From: an uncultured Lachnospiraceae bacterium
Lineage (GTDB): Bacteria; Bacillota; Clostridia; Lachnospirales; Lachnospiraceae
Length of the DNA stretch: 24,000 nt
NCBI GenBank assembly: GCA_946414825.1
Contig: CAMKQB010000011.1
Span: 13,120-37,119 of the forward strand
Direction of reading: 5' to 3'
Shown here: one piece after another, positions 1 to 7,381 of the stretch
Layout: every line of letters begins with the position of its first letter
How positions within the stretch are numbered: position 1 is the first letter of the stretch
Translations under genes and position numbers: made by a program
The notes under the pieces: model-generated
Told to the model about the DNA's origin: nothing
The model's database searches: none
The model's input: only the letters and a program-made list of their open reading frames with translations

Positions 1-1718
1 GTATTTTCTTCTATTACAAATTCAATCTCTCCCAGGAGACGCATAACCTCTTCTTTTTTAGCATCTTCACTGAAATATGTAACAAAATCATGTGCAAGCA
101 CCGCCCCCACCTGATCTATCTCAGTAAGCTCTTCCTCTGTTGCATTCATTATAGCGTCGAAATCGCTCTTATAGGCCTTAACCACAAGCTTTGCATTAGC
201 AACTCCGAAGCCTGCAATACCAAGTCCATATAGAAATGCCGCCATATCGGCTTTTCTAGAAGAATCAACGGCTTTTATCAGATTATTATACGACTTCTCG
301 CCGAAACCTTCCATATTAACTATAATATCTCTATGCTCTGCGAGATGATATATATCTGAAAGCTTGTGAAGTATTCCTGCGCCTATGAACCTCTCGATTG
401 TAGCCTCAGACATACCATCAATATTCATAGCATTTCTCGAAACAAAAAGTGAGAACAGCTTGATATTCTTCGCCGGACAGTCAGGATTTATACAATTAAG
501 AGTTTCAGTTCCATTTTCATTCTTAATTTCGGTCTTTCCACCACACGCAGGACACATGACAGGAATATCAAATGCCCCAGAGCCCGTCAGATTCTGTGAT
601 ATCTGCGGTATTATCATGTTGGCTTTATAAACCTTGATCCTGTCACCGATACCGAGCTTCATATCCTTTACATATGTGATATTATGCAGACTGGCACGGC
701 TAACATCTGTACCCTCCAGCTCAACAGTATCAAATATAGCAACCGGATTGATAAGTCCGGTTCTGGATGGGCTCCACTCTATCTCTCGAAGAGTAGTCTC
801 AGCCTCTTCATCTCTCCACTTGAAAGCTATGGCATCTCTCGGGAACTTAGCTGTTGTTCCTAGACTCTTTCCATAGGCTGTATCATCAAAGCTTAGAACC
901 AGTCCGTCAGTTGGAAAATCATTAGACGAAATCTTATTTGAAAACCACTGAACCATTTCAGGAAGATTATCCGCTGAAACCTCTTTATACTCTACAACAT
1001 CAAAACCAAGACCGGTAAGATATTCAAATCTCTTCTCAAAGCTATCTTTAAAGCTCGCCAGAAGCTCCTTATCCTCAGGCTCAACCATCGAAAATGCATA
1101 GAACCTGACAGACCTTTCCGCCGTAACCTTACTACTAAGTTGTCTTACAGAACCACTACATAGATTTCTTGGATTCTTATACTTGGCATCCGCATCTACG
1201 ATAGAGGCATTTATCTTCTCAAAATCAGAATAGGTGATAATAGCCTCGCCCCTTATAGTAAGCTTACCTTTATAGCTTATGGCTCCAGGAATATTCACAA
1301 ATGTACGGGCATTGGCAGTTATAACTTCGCCTATCTCACCATTTCCACGAGTAACAGCCTTAACAAGCTTGCCGTCCTCATAAGTAAGAACAACTGTAAG
1401 ACCGTCCATCTTCCAGGAAAGAAGTCCCTTCTTGTCACCAAGCCAGCTAACAAGCGCATCCACTTCCTTAGTCTTATCCAGTGAAAGCATCTTGGCTGGG
1501 TGTCTCTCCTTAGGAAGCTCTGATACTACCTCATATCCGACATTCTGAGTGGGACTGTTTGCAAGGATCATCCCCGTCTCCGTCTCAAGACTAACCAGCT
1601 CATCATAGAGCTTATCATATTCAAAGTTGCTCATTATCTCAACATCCTCGGCATAATAAGCTTTAGATGCCTCATTCAGTATTTCGACTAATTCTTTTAT
1701 TCTGTCAATCTTATTCAT
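1..1718 (-). CDS. ligA: NAD+-dependent DNA ligase LigA; N-terminal ~572 codons, 3' end beyond the window edge
   Basis: The minus strand is open from ATG 1718-1716 to the window edge. It is absent from the ORF track because no stop lies inside the window. Hand translation gives MNKIDRIKELVEILNEASKAYYAEDVEIMSNFEYDKLYDELVSLE... It contains the adenylation KxDG motif (LLSWKMDGLTVVLTYEDGKLVKAVTRGNGEIGE) and a four-Cys zinc finger (MCPACGGKTE...LNCINPDCPAK). The start overlaps the upstream stop in an ATGA at 1715-1718. Confidence 0.9.
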   Translation of the reverse strand, partial: MNKIDRIKELVEILNEASKAYYAEDVEIMSNFEYDKLYDELVSLETETGMILANSPTQNVGYEVVSELPKERHPAKMLSLDKTKEVDALVSWLGDKKGLLSWKMDGLTVVLTYEDGKLVKAVTRGNGEIGEVITANARTFVNIPGAISYKGKLTIRGEAIITYSDFEKINASIVDADAKYKNPRNLCSGSVRQLSSKVTAERSVRFYAFSMVEPEDKELLASFKDSFEKRFEYLTGLGFDVVEYKEVSADNLPEMVQWFSNKISSNDFPTDGLVLSFDDTAYGKSLGTTAKFPRDAIAFKWRDEEAETTLREIEWSPSRTGLINPVAIFDTVELEGTDVSRASLHNITYVKDMKLGIGDRIKVYKANMIIPQISQNLTGSGAFDIPVMCPACGGKTEIKNENGTETLNCINPDCPAKNIKLFSLFVSRNAMNIDGMSEATIERFIGAGILHKLSDIYHLAEHRDIIVNMEGFGEKSYNNLIKAVDSSRKADMAAFLYGLGIAGFGVANAKLVVKAYKSDFDAIMNATEEELTEIDQVGAVLAHDFVTYFSEDAKKEEVMRLLGEIEFVIEEN

Positions 1719-2479
1719 TTATTCCCCTTACAAAGCTTCCTTAGTGTAGCCTCTTCATTCTTTGAAAGCTTTCTATATTTTCCAATTGGTAGATTACCAA
1801 GTCCAATATTCATAACTCTGACTCTCTTCAGAAATACAACCCTGAAGCCAAAGTATTCGCACATTCGTCTGATCTGTCTATTTATACCTTCGGTAAGAAT
1901 TATACGAAATGTATTACTGCCGATCTGCTCTATTTCGCATTTCTTTGTGACTCTGATCTTCTTCTGAGAATCATCAGTCTCATGTTCCTTCCAGGCATCA
2001 CTTACATCAAGCGGAACACCTGCTTTCATCCCATTTACAAAATCGGCTGTAAGCCTTTTATCTACGCGAACTATATATTCCTTCTCATGATTATTACGTG
2101 CCTTCTGAATATGATTAGCGAGTTCGCCATCATTAGTCAGAAGTACAAGACCCTGAGAATTCTTATCAAGTCTTCCTACATAATAAAGCATATCCGGGTA
2201 ATCAATCTTTCTGAAAATGCTATCCTTATCCGCATCCTTCGAAGTACACACAAGTCCAAGGGGCTTATTATAAGCGAGGATAACCTTTTCCACATTATCG
2301 GCAGAAACCACTTCACCCTTATAGGTAACCGTATCTCCAGGCGCAACCTTAGCACCACTTGTAGCCTTCATTCCATTAATCTCAACCTCGCCTCTCTCGA
2401 TAGCTTCATCAGCCTTTCTACGAGAAAGAACCCCGGCCTGACTCAGGTATTTATTTATACGAATTTTATCCTCTTCCAT
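1715..2479 (-). CDS. RsuA/RluB/RluF-family rRNA pseudouridine synthase (S4 domain plus catalytic domain)
   Basis: 254-aa ORF. N-terminal S4-like RNA-binding motif RINKYLSQAGVLSRRKADEAIERGEVEING, and catalytic-Asp motif YVGRLDKNSQGLVLLTNDGELANHI. The family member (rluB, rluF or rsuA) cannot be resolved by eye. Weak RBS gagg upstream of the ATG. Confidence 0.85.
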   Translation of the reverse strand: MEEDKIRINKYLSQAGVLSRRKADEAIERGEVEINGMKATSGAKVAPGDTVTYKGEVVSADNVEKVILAYNKPLGLVCTSKDADKDSIFRKIDYPDMLYYVGRLDKNSQGLVLLTNDGELANHIQKARNNHEKEYIVRVDKRLTADFVNGMKAGVPLDVSDAWKEHETDDSQKKIRVTKKCEIEQIGSNTFRIILTEGINRQIRRMCEYFGFRVVFLKRVRVMNIGLGNLPIGKYRKLSKNEEATLRKLCKGNK

Positions 2480-2673
2480 AGCAACCTCAGTTCAAACAAA
2501 CATGTTAAAAATATACCATCTTTCAATTTATAATTCAAGGAAGTCGACTTCTTAACGAAATTAGTAAAAAACTTAATAATATTAAAAAACATGTGGCAAA
2601 TTTACTGGAATAGGTTTATAATAACAAAGATTTAAAGCATTTCACATAATATTATTAAGTTTTGGAGAATGTC

Positions 2674-3153
2674 ATGGATAAGATTGATATTAAAATACTA
2701 TCATTATTACAGGAGAATGCCAGATACCCACTCAAGTTTCTGGCAGAAAAGGTTTTCCTATCATCTCCTGCAGTTTCATCAAGAATAGAAAGACTTGAGA
2801 AGAAGGGAATAATCACAGGATATCACGCATCTCTCAATCCCTTAACTCTCGGCTATCATATAACAGCATTTATAAACCTTACACTGGAGCCACATCAGAA
2901 GGCGGACTTCTATCCTTTCATAGAGGCTTGTCCAAATGTTCTCGAATGCAACTGTGTAACAGGTAATTATTCAATGCTGATAAAGGTATGCTTTCCTAGC
3001 ACCCAGGAGCTGGACCACTTCATCGGTCAGTTGCAGACCTACGGCAAAACAGAAACCCAGATAGTTTTCTCCACTCCTGTTCAGCCTAGAGGAATTGACA
3101 TATCAATGTTAAATGATAAAAATACTGAAAATGAAGAAAAGCTCTCAAATTAA
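2674..3153 (+). CDS. Lrp/AsnC-family transcriptional regulator
   Basis: MDKIDIKILSLLQENARYPLKFLAEKVFLSSPAVSSRIERLEKKGII is a typical Lrp/AsnC winged HTH, followed by a RAM-like C-terminal domain. The ORF track starts at TTG 2662, but GGAGA at 2664-2668 is a Shine-Dalgarno placed 5 nt before ATG 2674, so I call 2674. This is the only plus-strand gene in the window. Confidence 0.85.
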   Translation: MDKIDIKILSLLQENARYPLKFLAEKVFLSSPAVSSRIERLEKKGIITGYHASLNPLTLGYHITAFINLTLEPHQKADFYPFIEACPNVLECNCVTGNYSMLIKVCFPSTQELDHFIGQLQTYGKTETQIVFSTPVQPRGIDISMLNDKNTENEEKLSN

Positions 3154-3166
3154 TGAGAGCTTTTTT
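3137..3166 (+). terminator. Rho-independent terminator overlapping the Lrp/AsnC stop codon; possibly shared with the convergent gene
   Basis: aaaagctctca (3137-3147) / loop aattaa / tgagagctttt (3154-3164), running into a T tract that ends at 3166. It lies between convergent genes ending at 3153 (+) and 3205 (-). Confidence 0.6.
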
Positions 3167-3204
3167 ACTGTCATAATAGATTATATTCTTATCTTCAATA
3201 ATTA

Positions 3205-3831
3205 CTAATTATTAAGTCTATCAAGGAACTCCTTAAAGGCTGGATCCTGCTCAGCACATTTATCCTCGTCAGCCTTAACTGTCTGATAAAGTTCCTGAAT
3301 ATCTGTAGTTCTATTTACCTTCTTCATATATTTCTGAACATCTTCGCTTAGTTCAGAGTTATCAATGAGGTACTTTCCATCCTTCTTAACTACATAATAA
3401 GGTCCAAGTATATCCAGAGGTGTAGACTCTATATTCACAATAGAGATATTTGACACTGCATAGACTATTGTGGAGTCGTCAACATTTCCTCTTACTGTAT
3501 AGCAATTGATGTTGTTATACGCAATAATAATCTTAGACTGACTCTGAATAGTTCCCATATCATTAAACTTTTCAGGTGTTGTTACACAAGCCTTAAGTGT
3601 ATCCTGATCACAGGAAGCCATAGCATTTAGGTAAGTAATTATCAGAGCGTTGATGTCCTGATTAGCATTTGTCTGATAGGAGAATCTGGTTGTGATCTTC
3701 AGATCGTCCTTTACAGTATCTCTCTTCTTGTAGAGGATAAAGCCAAATGCGGTCAATGATATGATAAATACAAACCATATAACCAATAACATTTTCTTGA
3801 GTTTTACTTCTTTTTTTCTATTACGTGCCAT
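3205..3831 (-). CDS. Hypothetical membrane-anchored protein (basic N-terminus, one TM helix, ~170-aa extracytoplasmic domain)
   Basis: 208-aa ORF starting at an ATG, with AAGGGG 7 nt upstream. TM segment MLLVIWFVFIISLTAFGFILY. I recognise no family motif. Confidence 0.65.
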   Translation of the reverse strand: MARNRKKEVKLKKMLLVIWFVFIISLTAFGFILYKKRDTVKDDLKITTRFSYQTNANQDINALIITYLNAMASCDQDTLKACVTTPEKFNDMGTIQSQSKIIIAYNNINCYTVRGNVDDSTIVYAVSNISIVNIESTPLDILGPYYVVKKDGKYLIDNSELSEDVQKYMKKVNRTTDIQELYQTVKADEDKCAEQDPAFKEFLDRLNN

Positions 3832-3858
3832 AATAATGCCCCTTATTATATTCTAAAA

Positions 3859-3875
3859 TGCACCAGACGGGAATC
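3859..3875 (-). repeat. 17-nt exact duplicate of the 3' end (T-stem plus acceptor) of the tRNA-Arg gene
   Basis: tgcaccagacgggaatc at 3859-3875 is identical to 4120-4136 in the same orientation. A shorter copy, tgcaccag, lies at 4003-4010. Confidence 0.9.
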
Positions 3876-4119
3876 CCTCCGGCGACTTCGTCGCCTATCA
3901 GGCCGGCTTCGGCTCGAACGATCCACCGGATCGTTCTCTCGTCGCTATCGCTCCTCGGCCTCGCTGTTCGATTCCCTGTTTATTGGTATTGATTTACTTT
4001 AATGCACCAGGCTTTGCTTCGCAAACCCTGATTCTGCTTCGCAGAATTACTGTGCTCCGCACAGTGTGTCCTCACCTTCGTTCGGAGCATCGATTTGCTC
4101 CGCAAATCGATACCTATAT
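3876..4119 (-). other. Hairpin-dense non-coding insert with GC-rich modules (candidate structured RNA or ssDNA element, or relic of a tRNA-targeted insertion)
   Basis: Six perfect hairpins with 3-nt loops closed by C-G, in plus coordinates: 3881-3895 (6 bp), 3916-3936 (9 bp), 4013-4025 (5 bp, extendable to 4008-4030 with one mismatch), 4031-4047 (7 bp), 4049-4065 (7 bp) and 4089-4111 (10 bp). There is also a 4-bp hairpin at 3902-3913 and a long-range 7-bp pairing of 3869-3875 with 3970-3976. Hand count gives 75/120 G+C over 3861-3980, against 17/60 over 3781-3840 in the adjacent coding DNA. Confidence 0.5.
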
Positions 4120-4191
4120 TGCACCAGACGGGAATCGAACCCACGCGCATGGCTCCGGAGGCCATTGCTCTATCCACTGAGCTACTGGTGC
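4120..4191 (-). tRNA. tRNA-Arg, anticodon CCG
   Basis: The reverse complement folds as a canonical 72-nt cloverleaf: GCACCAG TA GCTC AGTGGATA GAGC A ATGGC CTCCGGA GCCAT GCGC GTGGG TTCGATT CCCGT CTGGTGC A. It has a 7-bp acceptor stem, a TTCGATT T-loop and the anticodon loop C-U-CCG-G-A. No CCA is encoded. Confidence 0.93.
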
Positions 4192-4198
4192 ATAATGT

Positions 4199-5068
4199 TT
4201 ATAAGCTATCAGCGTACTTCGTATCCCGGGATATCTGTTCGGTTAATTCCTCTAGCGAATTAAAGTGCCTCTCTGGTCTAATATATACTTTAGGAATAAT
4301 TTTAACCTTGTATCCATATATATCTTCACTGAAATTATATATAAAGGTTTCAACAGTTGGTACATCACCATCATTCACTGACGGTCTGATACCGATATTA
4401 GTGATTCCCTTGTATTTCTGAAAATCACCTGTACTATTATATACCAAAACGTCGCTAGAATAAACTCCAAATAAAGGTAATATTTTATTCGAAGCAAATT
4501 TCTGATTTATTGTAGGGTATCCAAGGCTTCTTCCGAGCTTCTTACCACCCTCAACTATTCCAGCTATACTATATGGTCTTCCCAGTAATCGGCTGGCTTC
4601 TTCCATGTCGCCTGAGGCCATTTTCTCTTTGATTCTTGTTGAACTGACAACCTCGTCTCCGATGCATAGCTTGTCAAAAACCCTTACTTCAAAACCGTAT
4701 TTGATTCCGAGCTCCGCAAGGACGTCCGTATCACCGGCTCTATCCTTTCCGAATCTGAAATCTTTACCAACAGATATATATTTAACATTATATTTATCCA
4801 CTAGAATAGTCCTAACAAAATCCTCTGGACTTTGACTGGCAAATTCCGGTGTAAAGGATATACATTCAAGCGCCATTTTATCATATTTATCTCTAAATAT
4901 CTCCTGTTCCTCTTCTGCGGTGAATATCCTCTCGTTAGAGAAAACAAGCTTGATACAATAGGCGTCATATCCTTCTTTCTCAGCTACATCAGCTACACTG
5001 TCTAGCAGAACCTGATGTCCGAGATGAAATCCATTGAATTTACCTATAGTTACTGCTGCTCCATTCAT
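4199..5068 (-). CDS. ribF: Bifunctional riboflavin kinase / FMN adenylyltransferase
   Basis: 289 aa. N-terminal nucleotidyltransferase motif TIGKFNGFHLGHQ. C-terminal riboflavin kinase motifs LGYPTINQ and VETFIYNFSEDIYGYKVKI. ATGA overlap with the truB stop at 5065-5068. Confidence 0.92.
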   Translation of the reverse strand: MNGAAVTIGKFNGFHLGHQVLLDSVADVAEKEGYDAYCIKLVFSNERIFTAEEEQEIFRDKYDKMALECISFTPEFASQSPEDFVRTILVDKYNVKYISVGKDFRFGKDRAGDTDVLAELGIKYGFEVRVFDKLCIGDEVVSSTRIKEKMASGDMEEASRLLGRPYSIAGIVEGGKKLGRSLGYPTINQKFASNKILPLFGVYSSDVLVYNSTGDFQKYKGITNIGIRPSVNDGDVPTVETFIYNFSEDIYGYKVKIIPKVYIRPERHFNSLEELTEQISRDTKYADSL

Positions 5069-6015
5069 AGCATCTTATAAACCTTATAATCTTTTTTTGA
5101 ATCATCATATACATAGAGTGCCCTGAGATTCCCCTCCATATATACTCTAAAAAACTGAGAATTCTCAAGTGTGCTTACACTTATATCATCCTGAATATCA
5201 AAATCATCCAGTCTCAGTCTATTTCCATTTTCAAGATATCTTTTGCCAGACTCTCTAATATAAACAGCTGGCGCATCCTTCAGTATCTCATCCATCGGAA
5301 GTACCGACATCGCAAGTCTATCTATCTCTTTAAGCTTCTGAAGATCGCTTATCTTGTAGCCATCCTCATACCTTATACCATTCACCTCATCTCTCAGAAG
5401 GGCTGACATAGTAGCTCCCGTACCAAGGTCATTTCCTATGTCACGAATAAGACTTCTGATATATGTTCCCTTGGAACAGACAACACTGAATCTAACATCC
5501 AGCGTATCCATATCAACGCTTAGAAGGTCCAGACTGTATATCTCAACAGGTCTAGGAAGAAGCTCAACATTCTTGCCTTCTCTCGCGAATTCATAAAGCT
5601 TCTTGCCATTTACCTTGATGGCGGAATACATAGGAGGAACCTGCATAGATTTCCCAAGATATTTCACCATTACGTTATGTACTTCATTTCTAATACTTAT
5701 TTCGTCTGAAAGAAAAGCAAATGTATCTGTCAGTTCATCTCTTGTATAGAACTTCTTAACTTCACCAGTTATATCATCCGTCTCCGTTGTAATTCCCAGT
5801 CTCATAGTAGCTATATACCGTTTAGTACCAGAAACTATAATGTCACTGAGCTTAGTAGCCTGTCCAAGAACTACAATCAGAACGCCTTCGGCCATCGGAT
5901 CAAGTGTGCCGGTATGACCGACCTTCTTCTGACCATATATACCGCGAAGCTTTGCTACTACATCATGCGAAGTAAAGCCCTGCTCTTTATATACATTTAC
6001 TATTCCATTAAACAT
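5065..6015 (-). CDS. truB: tRNA pseudouridine(55) synthase TruB
   Basis: 316 aa. Catalytic motif KVGHTGTLDPMAEGVLIVVLGQATK. Canonical position downstream of infB-rbfA. Confidence 0.92.
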   Translation of the reverse strand: MFNGIVNVYKEQGFTSHDVVAKLRGIYGQKKVGHTGTLDPMAEGVLIVVLGQATKLSDIIVSGTKRYIATMRLGITTETDDITGEVKKFYTRDELTDTFAFLSDEISIRNEVHNVMVKYLGKSMQVPPMYSAIKVNGKKLYEFAREGKNVELLPRPVEIYSLDLLSVDMDTLDVRFSVVCSKGTYIRSLIRDIGNDLGTGATMSALLRDEVNGIRYEDGYKISDLQKLKEIDRLAMSVLPMDEILKDAPAVYIRESGKRYLENGNRLRLDDFDIQDDISVSTLENSQFFRVYMEGNLRALYVYDDSKKDYKVYKML

Positions 6016-6027
6016 TAGTTAAACCTT

Positions 6028-7002
6028 TTATTTAGATAATTGAGACTCAACCATTTCAATAACCCTGGCTAAGGTCTCCTCATAGTCATCCTCTGTCTCG
6101 AATCCAGCGGCTCTTATATGACCGCCGCCTCCGAAGCTGCAGGCAATCTCGCTTACATCAACGGCTGACTTGGAGCGAAGACTAAACTTATAAGACTTCT
6201 TCGTCAGCTGGTATGAGAAAATAGCTACCTCAACACCGTCCGTTAGTCTAAGCTGCTCAACTATTCCGTCTGTATCCATTGTGGTACATTTAAATTCTTT
6301 AAACATACTCTTGGTAACGAGGCCGGAAATTATCCTGCCCTCACTATGCAGCCTCGACTCTAAGATAACTCTAGCCATAAGCATGTTCTGCTTATAGGAC
6401 TTCTTGTAAAATGTGTCGTCGATGATCATATCAGACTTAACACCCTTTTCAAGAAGTAGTCCTGCGAGCTCCATAGTTTTTCTGGTAGTGCTGGAATACT
6501 TGAATACACCTGTATCATGTATTATTCCAAGATACAGACAATTAGCAGTCTTCTCGCTAACCTTATCCATATCGATCAGGTCACACATAGCTTCGCAGGC
6601 ACTGGACGCATCTCCATCAATGTAGCAGAGATCGCCAAAGCCTGGATTGCTGACATGGTGATCTATACAGACGGTGGAAATCGCATCTTTATAGATATCC
6701 AGGAACTTTCCAAGTCTATCCATATCTGAAACATCTATGGATATAACCAGATCATATCTCTCATCATTTGGCTCATGCTTTATCTTGCGTGAACCATTAA
6801 GGAATTTGAAACTGGCCGAAAAGCTCTCGTCATATACCTGAACCTTCTTATCCTTATAATTATCAATTATATAATTGTACATAGCCAGATTAGATCCTAT
6901 GCAATCCCCGTCAGGATGCTTATGACCTATAATGGCTATTGAATTAGCTGAAGAAATCATTTGATGTAACTTCTTTGACTTCTTAATAATGTCTCCCGCC
7001 AT
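6028..7002 (-). CDS. nrnA: DHH/DHHA1-family phosphoesterase (NrnA-like oligoribonuclease / pAp phosphatase)
   Basis: 324 aa. DHH-family motifs IIGHKHPDGDCIGS, DVSD, CIDHHVSN and the DHHA1 motif FGGGGHIRAAG. It lies between rbfA and truB, as in many Firmicutes. Confidence 0.8.
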   Translation of the reverse strand: MAGDIIKKSKKLHQMISSANSIAIIGHKHPDGDCIGSNLAMYNYIIDNYKDKKVQVYDESFSASFKFLNGSRKIKHEPNDERYDLVISIDVSDMDRLGKFLDIYKDAISTVCIDHHVSNPGFGDLCYIDGDASSACEAMCDLIDMDKVSEKTANCLYLGIIHDTGVFKYSSTTRKTMELAGLLLEKGVKSDMIIDDTFYKKSYKQNMLMARVILESRLHSEGRIISGLVTKSMFKEFKCTTMDTDGIVEQLRLTDGVEVAIFSYQLTKKSYKFSLRSKSAVDVSEIACSFGGGGHIRAAGFETEDDYEETLARVIEMVESQLSK

Positions 7003-7020
7003 TTAAAAATCCTTTCTGAA

Positions 7021-7380
7021 TCACTGGTCTCCAGATATAATGTCATCTATCTTCTTAGACATCATTACGCCATATTCTATAGATTTATCAAGCTTAAATT
7101 CAATCACAGGAGTATATCTCAGATTAAGCGACTCTGCCAGACGCTTGCGGATAAATCCACTGGCACTTACAAGACCCTTCAGGGTATTCTCACCATCCTC
7201 CTCTGAACCAAGTACAGATATATAGCATTTGCACTCCTTTAAGTCATTGGTGACGTCACACTTGACCACTGATACAAGAGAGCTTACTCTTGGATCCTTA
7301 AGCTCAAATTCTATTATATGACTTATAACTCTTTGCACATCGCTATTAACGCGTGCGCCTCTTGATTTATTACCTCTCAT
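7021..7380 (-). CDS. rbfA: Ribosome-binding factor A
   Basis: RVNSDVQRVISHIIEFELKDPRV... is the typical RbfA KH-like core. The ORF-track start (7401) is a TTG inside infB. ATG 7380 lies 1 nt after the infB stop (7382-7384), so I call 7380. Confidence 0.88.
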   Translation of the reverse strand: MRGNKSRGARVNSDVQRVISHIIEFELKDPRVSSLVSVVKCDVTNDLKECKCYISVLGSEEDGENTLKGLVSASGFIRKRLAESLNLRYTPVIEFKLDKSIEYGVMMSKKIDDIISGDQ

Positions 7381-7381
7381 A

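Noticed and set aside
385-876. Plus-strand ORFs 385-630 and 634-876
   Set aside because: They lie antisense to the well-supported ligA reading frame, have low-complexity hydrophobic composition and no RBS. They are shadow ORFs.
3859-4010. Possible second tRNA, tmRNA or hammerhead ribozyme in the GC-rich module
   Set aside because: The 7-bp helix 3869-3875/3970-3976 could mimic an acceptor stem, but the interior has no D-arm, anticodon arm or T-loop geometry. There is no tmRNA-like 5' GGGG acceptor partner or T-arm. The CUGAUAG...GGAG segment deviates from the hammerhead CUGAUGA...GAAA core at essential positions.
3205-4191. Integrated prophage, ICE or genomic island at tRNA-Arg
   Set aside because: The att-like repeats enclose only 244 bp. 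There is no integrase, excisionase or phage gene nearby, and the next gene is a small membrane protein followed by housekeeping genes. At most this is a remnant.
3980-4421. Four small ORFs (65-108 aa, both strands) over the tRNA and hairpin region
   Set aside because: They run through the tRNA-Arg gene, the hairpin array or antisense to ribF. They have no RBS and the composition is driven by the palindromes. They are not coding.
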